Assembly: GCA_002633005.1 (NCBI GenBank)
Contig: NMRA01000048.1
Location: 1,046,483 to 1,102,407, forward strand
Origin: Phoronis australis
Lineage: Eukaryota; Animalia; Phoronida
Direction of reading: 5' to 3'
Length of the DNA: 55,925 nucleotides
Shown here: piece by piece, positions 27,101 to 39,100 of the stretch
Layout: every line of letters begins with the position of its first letter
Numbering within the stretch: position 1 is the stretch's first letter
The notes under the pieces: generated by a model
Database searches by the model: none
What the model saw: only the letters and a program-made list of their open reading frames with translations
What the model was told of the DNA's origin: nothing
Position numbers and translations under genes: made by a program

Positions 27101-30100
27101 TCAGTCAAACACAACATGTAACAAAACTAAACTAATGCCAAATCCACAGAATTCATTGCAATGTCCTGTAGATTATACTACTGTAGGCCCTACCAGGAGC
27201 ACAATGTCCTGTAGATTATACTACTGTGGGCCCTACGAGCAGCACAATGTCCTGTAGATTATACTACTGTAGGCCCTACCAGGAGCACATCGGCTAAACT
27301 ATTTGGTTTTGGACAAGAGGAGTTAGGAATTGTTAACAATATGTTTGTGCTTTTGTCAGGTTGTTATTATAGGTGATGGTGGTGGCGGTGGTGTTGATGG
27401 TGGTGGTACATCTACACAAAGTACTACTTAGTATAATACCACTTCAGCTGCAGCCTTTTTAAAAAGTCATTTCAATTGACACCAACGGCAACACCAATGG
27501 TGGAACCAAAACATGGAATGTCATGTTCAATCATTAGTCCACGTTCTGTCTGCGAAAGGTGGACAGTTGGGTCAAAATATGGAGTCGACATGGTGAACGA
27601 CACCTGGGTTGCCGCACAGATCATGAAACAACCTTCAGTTGTGAGTGTCATGGAGTGGGCTGGTATGTCTTATTCAGTTGTGAATGTCATGGAGTGGGCT
27701 GGTATGTCTTATTCAGTTGTGAATGTCATGGAGTGGGCTGGTATGTCTTATTCAGTTGTGAATGTCATGGTGTGGGCTGGTATGTCTTATTCAGTTGTGA
27801 GTGTCATGGAGTGGGCTGGTATGTCTTATTCAGTTGTGAGTGTCATGGAGTGGGCTGGTATGTCTTATTCAGTTGTGAATGTCATGGTGTGGGCTGGTAT
27901 GTCTATCCAAGGCTCATCACCACTGATGGCAACCTAAATGCAGTGAAGTACCGAGACGACATTCTATAACCAGTGGCAATCCCTACTCTTCAAACTGTTT
28001 GGGACCTAATTCCATCTTCTAAGATGACAACGCGTGCCACCACTGAGCCAGGCTTGTGAAAGACCATCTGCGCCATGCTGAGTACAGCAAATAGAATGGC
28101 CTCATGCAGACCAGACTTGAACTCAATCGAACACCTTTGGGACCAACTCGAACGGGCTGTATGTGCACCAGTAACCAACACAAACACTGTGGCTGATTTA
28201 AGTTGCTTAGCAACTCAGGAGTGGAATGCCATCACACAAAAACACGTCACCAGGCAAGAAAACAGCATGCACAGGTGAGTCACTCTAGTGACTGCGAATG
28301 GTTCATCAAGCCCATGCTGAGAACATTATCAGTGTTGCCTATCAGTCAGGCTATCACTAGTGTCTATCAGTCAGTTGTTCAATAAATACATTGTTTAAGT
28401 GTTGACAAATTGTCATAAGTTTTTATTACCATGGAACCAGCTCTATTTTTCCTGTTGAAAAAGCTGAATGCTCAAACTTGAATACACATTTAGCTCCAAC
28501 TGAATTTGCAACATTCAATTTGAGACCACGCCCTCTTTGGCAGGAAAGTTACTAAACGCAAAAAACATTGCTTGACAGAATGTGGTATCGTTGGAAAGGA
28601 GAATGACTGGGTTTTCACTGCTGTGCAATATTTTTTAAATAAACCAAAAATAATAAAAACAAAGTGAAAGAACACAAATTTATGAATTTTTGCTCAGGTG
28701 TTTAGAATTCTGTACCAGCCCCATTGGTTGCATGAAACCAAAAAGTTCAATTGCTGCACCACATCAAAACCAATATTCAGCAGTGACATGATGGCATTGT
28801 TATCATGCAGCATATAGCTTTAAGCAATTGAGTGTCCGATCATAGTAAGAAGGTACCTAAACACTATCAGTGATCACATCCAAACCTGCCCATCATAACA
28901 ATACTAGTACCTCTCTGAGAGACAGCTTAAACAATTCCTCGTGTCACAAATTTCTACCCTGTGGTCCAAGGTGAATGATCTTATCCTGAATTTGTCCAAA
29001 AGTGAGTCCTATTAGGCCATTTTGCCAGAATTTGTAAGGACTATCAGTTGTCGCACTAGGTCCAAATTTTTCAGGGTCAAAGACGGCAACATAGCATTAT
29101 TGTCTTTAAACAGTACACACCATGGATTTTTGCACATTTCGAATTACCGGTGGCCACAGACTAAATGTATGACGTAAAATTTAGCTAAATCCATGATTAT
29201 TTTGTGTCATTAGCTCGAAATTTTGATTTCTCTTTCAATTTTGCCAATTTTCACATTTCCCGCCATGTGACATCATGGGTTGAACACAAGAGATCAGCGA
29301 CTAGCATTGAACAACGGCGGAAAGTAGGGAATTTGAAAGCGACGATTATGAGCAAGAAATGAACAAATACTATGAAGAAACGTACGAGAATGGTGGCCAG
29401 GATGACGAAATGGGGTTGCACAAAAGCGAGAATGAATTTGATATGTTTTCAGGTGCGTACTTTTCTACTTTGAGGCAAGTTACAAACTGGATCCTCCCGC
29501 GAGAGAAGTGGCCTCGGGCTCAGCAAGTCAACCCAGTCATCCAACAGACGATCCTGAATAAAGAGCCGATGTTTCTGAATAGTAAATATTGTCCTTTATT
29601 GAACCAGGCCTTCATCGTAACATCTCCTCTGATTGGAGTCGAAACACGACTCCTCAAAGTGGGCAGAACACAGAGTGGCTCCGGACAGAATCGCTTGGTC
29701 CACGCTGAGGTACCACACTCTCGTTTGGCGCACGAAGCGATGCCACTACTGCGCAACTTTGGCGTCCTTCGGAACACCGAGACGTTCTCCGTCTGACTGC
29801 TGTTGCTGCAGCCTCCGCAAACACATCTTTTCATCCCTCTATGAACCTTCTCGACGCTGAATATACTTTACTTTCACTTCACTCTATACACTTAGTTGCT
29901 GATCCGAACAGTGTGCCGAACGACTTGGGCTCAACCCATGACGTTGTACATAATTATTTTTTTCAATTTTTACGTGTTTCTTTATGAGCTGTGCACTAAA
30001 GGCACTGAAATCAAGTAATATATTATAATAAAATTTATTTTGAGGTACTAGAGTCATGTTGCGTACACTTTAAATACTGAGGTGATGAAGTCGTAGTTAA

Positions 30101-33100
30101 TAGCTGTTGGTTCAACATCACTTCAAGAATGTTAACAAACAAAACACAACACAAACATTGAAAAACAGATAATGTGAGGCTACAGGTGAAACATAACCTA
30201 CCCAACAGGTGGCAGCACCGGGTCTTCAATTTTTATATTTTCCTGGGCAGAATAAAAAAGCAGAATTGGTTAAAATCATAATCCAGCAGCAAAAACAGAC
30301 AGTCCACTAAATTTCATTTCCACGTCAAATATCATGCTGACTCTAAGTTCAGCATTTATTTGAGATTTCCAGGAAACAAATGACAGAAAAGCATATGACT
30401 GTCAAGCAAGGAATGCCTTGTAGGAAACTATAGTCCAATTACATAAAAACTTGCCAAACCATTTTGAAAACAATCAACAAACAAGGAATACCAGGTCAAA
30501 ACCTGAACATCCCACAAGGATGCTGGACATTCCAGATTACATTTATGTGCATCAAATTTTATCAACATTTGTGAAGTTATTTGAGAATTAATCAGAAGAC
30601 AACCAAAAACATGAATTGGTGGACAAACTGCCAGGCAGCTGGCCATACACCCCATGAGCATTTTTGTGGATGCATGAACAATGAGCTGGGGCAGCAAATT
30701 TAATAATATGAAACCAACAAAATGCTTTACCATGCTCTTTATAACTTGTACAGTTCTGGCATGATCTCCACCCGCACGTGACACATCGACTCGCAGTGAC
30801 TGAACTGGATATAGAATACGTCGGTCTGTGTTGGGCACTCTGAAATTAAACAAAGCCTCTAAAATCATGGCTCCAAGTTGATATGTAGACTAAGTTGGAC
30901 ACCCTGCAATTAAACAAAGCCTCTAACTTTATGTCCACAAATTGGTATGTGACTATTTTGATGTTAAAACAACACAATGAACACGTATTATACTTTGTGA
31001 CTGTGAAGACCTTCAATTTAAATATTGGCTAACTGGCGAGTACTTAAATAAGCATTAAACCTGTGAATTCCATAAAAAATCCAATTTTTTATTTAGGCCA
31101 CTTACCCTCAAGTATTGTGTTGTTCCTTACTCAGTTTAGAAGTGAACTGAGCATTGGCAACAACTGACAGTTCCTTATTTGTTCAGACAAAGCTCATGAA
31201 AATCCAGCTCACATCATGACAACATGAGACCAATATCATAATCATGGTAAACGGCCTAAATCAAAAATTCTTTTCCTACAGAAAGCATGGGTTTAATGCT
31301 ATTTTAATGTTCAGGTACTGGTTAGACCAAAACAAGCTGACCCAAGCAATGTAATGCCATCTTAATGTTCAGGTACTGGTTAGAACAAAACAAGCTGACC
31401 CAAGCACTGTAATTAGCCATCACGACTCACTTCAGCAGCTAAGTGAAACTACTCACTAAGTCTATTAATATTTATTTAAATAATTAAAAACGATCATCTG
31501 GTTATATCGTACCTGGTCCACATAAGAATTGAACAAATTTCAAATTGCACAGGCTCAAAACAGCACATGTAAATATAGAGGGTCCAGGACGTTGTAAATA
31601 TAGAGGGTCCAGGTCGTTGTAAATATAGAGGGTCCAGGACGATGTAAATATAGAGGGTCCAGGACGTTGTAAATATAGAGGGTCCAGAACGTTGTAAATA
31701 TAGAGGGTCCAGGAAGTTGTAAATATAGAGGGTCCAGGACGTTGTAAATATAGAGGGTCCAGGATATTGACCAAGGGCTACAACACCGGACAAATTCTGG
31801 GGGTGCATAACAGCAAAGTAAAACAAACCCACTACTGAAGCGTGGATATCAAGTCCTAGCCTTATTACGACCTGACCATGACACATATTAACTATTGAAC
31901 AAGTGCTAATGAAACGCTCTGTAACCATAATTTCGCAAGTTTGAATCCCAAAAGCAAGTTGAAAGAGATATTTTCCTACACTTCTATGCGGACCACTTCT
32001 GGCCATTCCTCTATAAGTCTGGCTAAATGTGACGGAGGTTTTTCGCTATATTTTTCTTCGTACTCCACGATTAGCCTCGACTCCCACAGGCCGTTGGTTC
32101 GCCGAGACAAAATCTGAAACAGAATTGACAAAAGTGCAAAAAACATAAAACTAGATTCCAAAGATTGAAAACATCACCACGATGGTCTTACCTTGGTCGA
32201 AGAATCACCTAAAGCCTAACTTCAATGCAATTTTGTTACTTAAAATAAAAGGGCTAACCAGAGTCACAGCAAAGTATTAGAGAAAAATAATCACTCAAAT
32301 GTAGGCCTGTCAACTGACAAGTGAAGTCTCCTTTTCTTGACATATGGCATCACCGCGAGATTCCAGCACCAACAACAAAAGGCCTATAACAGCTGTAGAC
32401 AAGAGCAAGCCAACAAGCCTAACATTTTGTTAATTTATGGCACCGGTGGGCTCAGAACGTACTGCAGGAACCAAATTTACAGGTGTTATCGTTCAAGGCT
32501 TTAAGAGCACAATAAACAGAAAATCATCTATGAGAGTTCTAGATCAAGTGCGCAAGTTACATTACATGACAAGATCAATATTCCTCCTTCGTGCTTTTGT
32601 TGCGTAAGATTTTTAAATTGACTTATAATTTACAGTCCTCTGACAATTTTTCACAAAATTTGAAAGTAGATTTTGCTATCATTTGTAACGTAGTTTACAT
32701 GCTTTTTTAATTCACCCCAGATGACCAATGCATTCTTCAAGAAACAACAAAGTTAACATAAATGATTGTCTCTGAAAAAGCACCATATTTATGTAAAAAG
32801 TCTCATAATGCTCGCCTGAGTAAGTAATCCTCTAATTCCAGACCTTAAAAGTGACTTCTGGCAGTTTTTCAAATCCAGCACAGGTCAACACGGATTAAAC
32901 ACAATGAAACCGCAATAAAATAAGAGTCGGTCTCGAGGACATGCGGTTATCTCCAGACAGAATGTAATCCCTTGTTTGAGATTTCAAATTGTCAACGTAC
33001 CTAACCGACACTGTTATCGGACAAGCGTTGATGGCAGGTAAGAATACTTTATTGTGATGTTGAAACAGCATTACAAACAGAAAATACAATGAATCAGTAT

Positions 33101-36100
33101 AATTATTGAGAACATGGCAATATAATCATAATAGAGCAATAGATTTTTTTGTTCATGGCACGATAAACGTGTTGGAAAAAACACCTGAATTATTGGTTTT
33201 CAAGCAAAGAGATGCACAGCTAGGTTGTGACATGACATGAGCATACGTTGATGGTAACACGACATTTATTAAGTTACATGGAAAGAGTTAGCACAGTTTA
33301 TAGTTAAGTAGTATGAAAACTTTCTGACAACTTCTAAATGTCAAGCGGCAGAATCTGTTTAAAGTAGAACCTAGCCAAAGTTTTTTTTCACAGCTTAAAA
33401 TGAATAAGTGTTCACATTTAACATTACTAATACGCCTGAAGTAATTTAACTTCAAGAACATTAGTGTACTCTACAGTAAGGTAGGGTTTCAGATTTAAAA
33501 TTCAAAAAGTTTCAACAGAACATCTAATAGTAAATGTCAATTCAATATGTCCATGTTTTGCCTTAGTTTTTGTAAATCGGACATTAAAAGACCAAGAGGA
33601 TAAACCCTCACGCAGTCAGTTTATGAAACCCCATGGGGTGACAGTAGGTAATCAACTAAAACCTACACAACACGAAAAAGATATTTGATTGGCCAACATC
33701 AGGAGACAACAAGACTGATTGTTGCAGTGACATTAAATAATTAACTTTCTTTTCTTGAATAATTTATCCTACGCGAAACTGGAAGGTGAAAAGTACTATA
33801 GCAACGGCGAGGTCGTCAACTGATCGGTAGATTTTCAAACAAACGTCTTTGCGATTAAGCTTGGAAAATTGGCAATTATGTACAAAATGGAGGTACACAG
33901 AAAACCAAAGGTAAGCCAGGTGAAGGGCATTGATTTCACAGGTGAGATAAACAGTTCAACAAGATTTGAAACAAGGTAAGAACAATAGATAGATGACATT
34001 ATTTCCTTAAACAACCAATCACCTTGTTTTGACCAAAAATTTGATAGATTCCACGGTGCTTTATTGACTATGTTAAATCACTTTAATAACAATGGATGGT
34101 TTAGGACAAAACTTGGTTACTTTAAGTAGGCACAGACTCCTACACTCCACATGGCTGTGTGATAGTCTAGATCCAAATAACATTATCTTTATACCCAGAA
34201 GCCATCACTGATCAAAAACAGCCACAAGCCAGATTTTTAAGAATGTTTTCTAAAATAGAAAATTAAATTTTAACCCATAAAATCATTACATTTTTATAAT
34301 CCTTGGTGAGCAAAGCACGTGTGTAGGAAAGCAGTGCCTGGATGTCTCAAGATACGAGACCCCGGGCCCTGATTTCTTAAAAAATTGAGTTTTCCATAAA
34401 TATTGACCCAACTTCCCACAGACGGTCATTTATTAGTTTCTACACCCTAAAAGTTGTTTGAAATCGTAGTACAGGTCACAGCACCCAACAATAATAATAC
34501 ACACTACATCAAACAGACTGACCTAAACATGACATTTCCTCTAGTTTATTCCTATGTTAACCTGAATACACCTAGGTTTATTTCCCCTCAAGACCCAAGG
34601 GTGACTGGGAAAACACAACCATCAACCAACAGAGAAAATATCTATCATTGTTAAAGGTTGGACATTAAACATTTAAAAGCCACTCCAGCCCTTAGGACTG
34701 ATAGTGATTCACATCAAAAGTCTGATGAGCCTGCCTACTTAGCAGGAGTGTTGTATCAAAAGCAGCCAGGCAGAGAACTGTAAATAAGTCTTTTTCATCA
34801 CGCACATGTGTCAGATTTTTTTCATGAGATTTTTTCATGAGATTTTTTCATGAGATTTTTTCATGAGATTTTTTCATGAGATTTTTTCATGAGATTTTTT
34901 CATGAGATTTTTTCATGAGATTTTTTCATGAGATTTTTTCATGAGGCTTTTTCATGAGGCTTTGTTAACGCCAAAAGCTGGTTCGGATCTTTCTCTGACT
35001 CATTTTAAAAATTACTTAAAAGTAAAAGAGTTCGTCAAGTTCATTTCAATATAAAATACCACCATAAATGCAACAAAACTAATTTAACAGCAAAAATATT
35101 CTGGAACATTACAAAACTGCCACTAAGAAAGAATGAGGTACATTACTCACTCTCAAGTGGCTTGTTATAGGCACCACTCTGTAATGCCACGTGATTTCAA
35201 TATTACACACACAGTCTTATCACTAGAGACTTTGAGTCTGACATTTGGGAATGGGCTGTAAAACAATTGACTTAGCAATCAGGTCTAGATAACTGGAAGG
35301 ATAACATAGTCATCGCCAGGTAGTGTACACAACACGGTGACAATACACGCAGCGTCAGTGACGACGACAAGTTAATGGTGACAAGGACTTGTCCAAATTT
35401 TGCAGGGGAGGCGTTGATGTCACAAGCTTTTGACTGTAAGTTCAAATCAGATTTATTTATGAACGAGAATTAGGAAAATAAAATCAACGTCTGTAGTTGT
35501 TGTTTTCAGGGGTGTAGCGGGTATTTAACGACATAAACAAGCGTGCTTAAAGCACGAAATTTAAGTAACTGGTTACCTTGATAACCAAGAATCAAATTAC
35601 TTAAATAAATTTTTAAGCATTAATTGCAGACCCCCCAAAGCTATGTACTTTTAAAATTCTTGATGACCTCAGAGATCACTTAATTAATGTGCACATTAAT
35701 AATGCCCAGATGTTCAGAAGCACATGACTTATTCATAAAAGTTTGTGATTTTCACAACAAAGAATTTTTGCCTGGAAGTTACAAACTTTGTATCTTCATT
35801 CTAGGCCTTTTAGCCCAGAATTCCGCTATCAAAAACGAAGACGTCAAGATTCCTTAAATAATGGAAATCTTGATTTATGACAGCTGAGATCAAGCGAAAA
35901 GGCCTCAAATGAAAATCCAAGACACACTCTTGAATAGCTAGTAGAATAAAAGAAACAGAATTTGCAAGTTTCCCATGCTGTGAAAAAATACATGAACGCG
36001 CTCAGGGGGGGGGGGGGGGGNGGGGGGGACGACACTTGGCGAAATTAACTGAAAAGGCCTCAATGGGGATGATGATAACAATGATAACATTCATATGACG

Positions 36101-39100
36101 AACAAAGATATCAGAAATCAGTAAGATATAGGCTAGTCTTGTTCAATAGAAGAGAAACCAACAACAGTGCAGCAAAATCGGTCAACAAAGGAACAGCGTT
36201 ATCAGAAAATCTCAAATAATTCAAAAAGTAGACGGCCTAGCTAAAAATGGAAAACATCTTCTGAAAGCCCGTTCGAAACTAACAATTTAGATTTACAAAA
36301 TTCCGTAAAATTTTCGAAAAAATTTCAAATTTTGCATTTTTTGAAGTTCAAAGGCAAATAACTCAAAAACAGTAAATCTGAGGAAAAAATTGTTATTTGA
36401 AAGACCATTCCTGAGAGAATCCACATGCAAAAATTTACATCATTTATTCTTCCCATTCAAAATGGCACCCCAGCACGACTGAAAATGGGTGAAAGCAACT
36501 TCCGATTAGACAGCATTTGATAACAGCTAGTAACAGAAAACTAGTATCTGAAAAAGTTCGAAGCAATTGATCCTACAATGCGCCCTCTACAGGACAAAAC
36601 ATTTTCGACTCGAAATCGAGGTGCGCATGCGCAATTGCCGTTATTTCCGCCATCTTTGACCACAAGTAAATGATCTTCAGCACATCTGTAGCATACGTCT
36701 GGTACAATAACCATACCAATATTCAGCCATGTACGTCAAAAATTGGGGTCTCTCAGACCATTTGAATCTGCAATTGAAAACAAAATGGCCACCACATCCA
36801 GCATCTTGGATCCGATCATGACGAAAAACAATAGGGTTCTAGGTCTTCAGGAAAAAGAGGTTGTGCGTGAATTTCGTGACTATCGGTTGAAAAATGTGAC
36901 ATGTAGAGTGAAAACAAAAAAACGAACTTGATGGCACAGTAACATGCAAAAATTACGGAAAATGCATAGATTAATGTGGAAAATCCAGATTTTTTACAAA
37001 AAACCCAATCATGTAATGATGAACATTTGGGCAATGCTTTCCTACACTGTATTCAAGGCACATAGTTTTGTGGATCTACTGTTAAAAGGACATGACTGGT
37101 TTTACAGCCGAAAAACACATGGGCCCAACCATGTGGCCTGTGCATGGCTGATGTACCACAAAACACATCAGATGTCACCGGCTCATCTTCTTTTTTACTA
37201 TTAATACCTCAAAATGTGGTTTAAGAAATCTGATCTTTGGTAACAAAGGGAGCCTATTACCCTAAGTAGAGTTAAGGAACATTTGCAACCCTTCATGGAT
37301 AGACCTATTTGTTTTGCCTGGTCAAACAAATGTCACATCATATATTCTAGTGCCCCAGGCATAGACAGAAATACAAGATCTGTCGCAGGCACCACATCAT
37401 GACATCAATATAAGCTCAATGAGTCTATCTATTCCCCTGGGATCAAGGTCACTTTGAGAACGAGCTTTGGAAACCTGAGCAGGTGTATTTAAGTTAGAAT
37501 ACTTTATTGACAAACATTCAGTCAGACCAACAGTCTGCTGATCAGCATTGAATAGCCAAAATGCAATGAGTTATCTTCATCACCATAGTTACCAATGCCA
37601 TAATAACTGTTATTGCAAATATTCTCAGATATAACCAAAGATGTTGAAAACGAATTTGACAAGACGAATCTACACCTGTTGAATCAAAAGATATAAGTTC
37701 ACTATGCTAAATTCATCCTTACCGACAATATCAAAACAATCTATGAACTACACATCAACATTATTTAAGTTTGGCAGATATCATTTTATTTATTTATTTA
37801 TTTAACCTTCTTTAGTAGACTGGACGATCACTTAAGTGAATACACTGATTTTCAAGTGGGCCCAGTTGGAAATAATTACATGAAGTAAATAAAGATAGCT
37901 ATGTACAATTAGGTTGGAAAGATTAATAAATAAAATAAATTAGTATAAAAATTAGTTAATATGTACAATCAAATGAACAAATAAGATAAACTAGGAGTAA
38001 AATAATTATGTGCTGAGGCCAACAGTCCCGAACCATGCACAAAATCCCAGTGCCCCGGTAATTCTGTTTGAAGACGTGAACATTGGGCGTGTTCGCGACG
38101 GCAGTCCCCAGCCTGTTGTAAGTGACAGCACCTCTGTAGGCAAAAATTCTTTTGCCACAGTTGTTTTTAGGTTTAACTGGTACCTGGCAGCCAGGAACAC
38201 TCGCTCAAGTAATGTAATTGTGAGAATCTCTGACTGCCATGAATTTAGTAGTAAGGTAATTAGGTGTGGGGCTATGTGTGGCTTTGTATACCATGAAATT
38301 AAAATGAAAGGCATGCCTGCTAAACAGGCTGCACCAACGAAGTTTATTGAGGAGGTCAGAAATTGGAAAGTCATTATTAAGGCCACTATAGTTGAGTATC
38401 AGTATCAGAGTATCATTCAAGAGTTTTGAGCCTGCCATATTCAAGGTTCCACACAAAACCCTCCCCGCGTTCACAGGCTAAAGTGCTAGCATTTTCACTT
38501 ACACTTTCGCTAGTGACAAAAACGTGCTAATTACAAGGGTCTCTTTTGCTGGCGCTTTGCTGGCAGTTTAAGTTACCCCAAAACTACTGGCATTTTCCCT
38601 AGCAGTTTTGTAGCCAGGTTGTTTACTTCAAAGGACACACCTGTAAGGCCCTTGTTAATCGTTCCATTAATTGCTGGCAATGAGTGAGTGTTTTAACAAA
38701 AATTTTAGTCTAGAAGCCACTGGTGAGGAAACGAACAAGGGTAACAATGACCCCTTATCGGACAGCTCGTCAGTCCGGCTAAAACGTTGGCGTTTTAGCT
38801 AATGAAATTGCTAGCATTTTCACCACTTGTGTGAACACAGTAAAAGCTTGCAAAACCTTCATGGCAATGTCGTACACTTTCTTATGTTAACGTGCAAAAA
38901 GGTGATGGGATGTTTACTTTGACCACCAACTTGTAAGAAAACGAGTTTCGTGATTAAGTGGAATGCGCAAGAGACAGAAAAACTGAATTATGTTACTGAC
39001 CAGCATTCTTATTCAAGCTAACACAGCAATAGTAATCAAGAGGTAAGGATTTGCAAGTTTGGAATTTAATGTTGAAAAAGATGACAGGCCAAACAAGCTT

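Noticed and set aside
27270-27411. Pro/His/Thr-rich stretch after an AG as a possible extra exon
   Set aside because: Stops in all three frames before a usable donor
27476-27969. Repetitive ORFs (SYSVVNVMEWAGM / CECHGVGWYVLFS)
   Set aside because: Translation of the 39-bp minisatellite inside a decayed Tc1; not a zinc-finger gene
29359-29796. 145-aa ORF on +
   Set aside because: Lies inside the THAP-bearing transposon, mostly antisense to the THAP frame; no recognisable domain
31494-32006. 170-aa and 90-aa repetitive ORFs
   Set aside because: Products of the 25-bp minisatellite
38010-38429. 139-aa ORF on +
   Set aside because: Antisense to the L2/Crack LINE remnant
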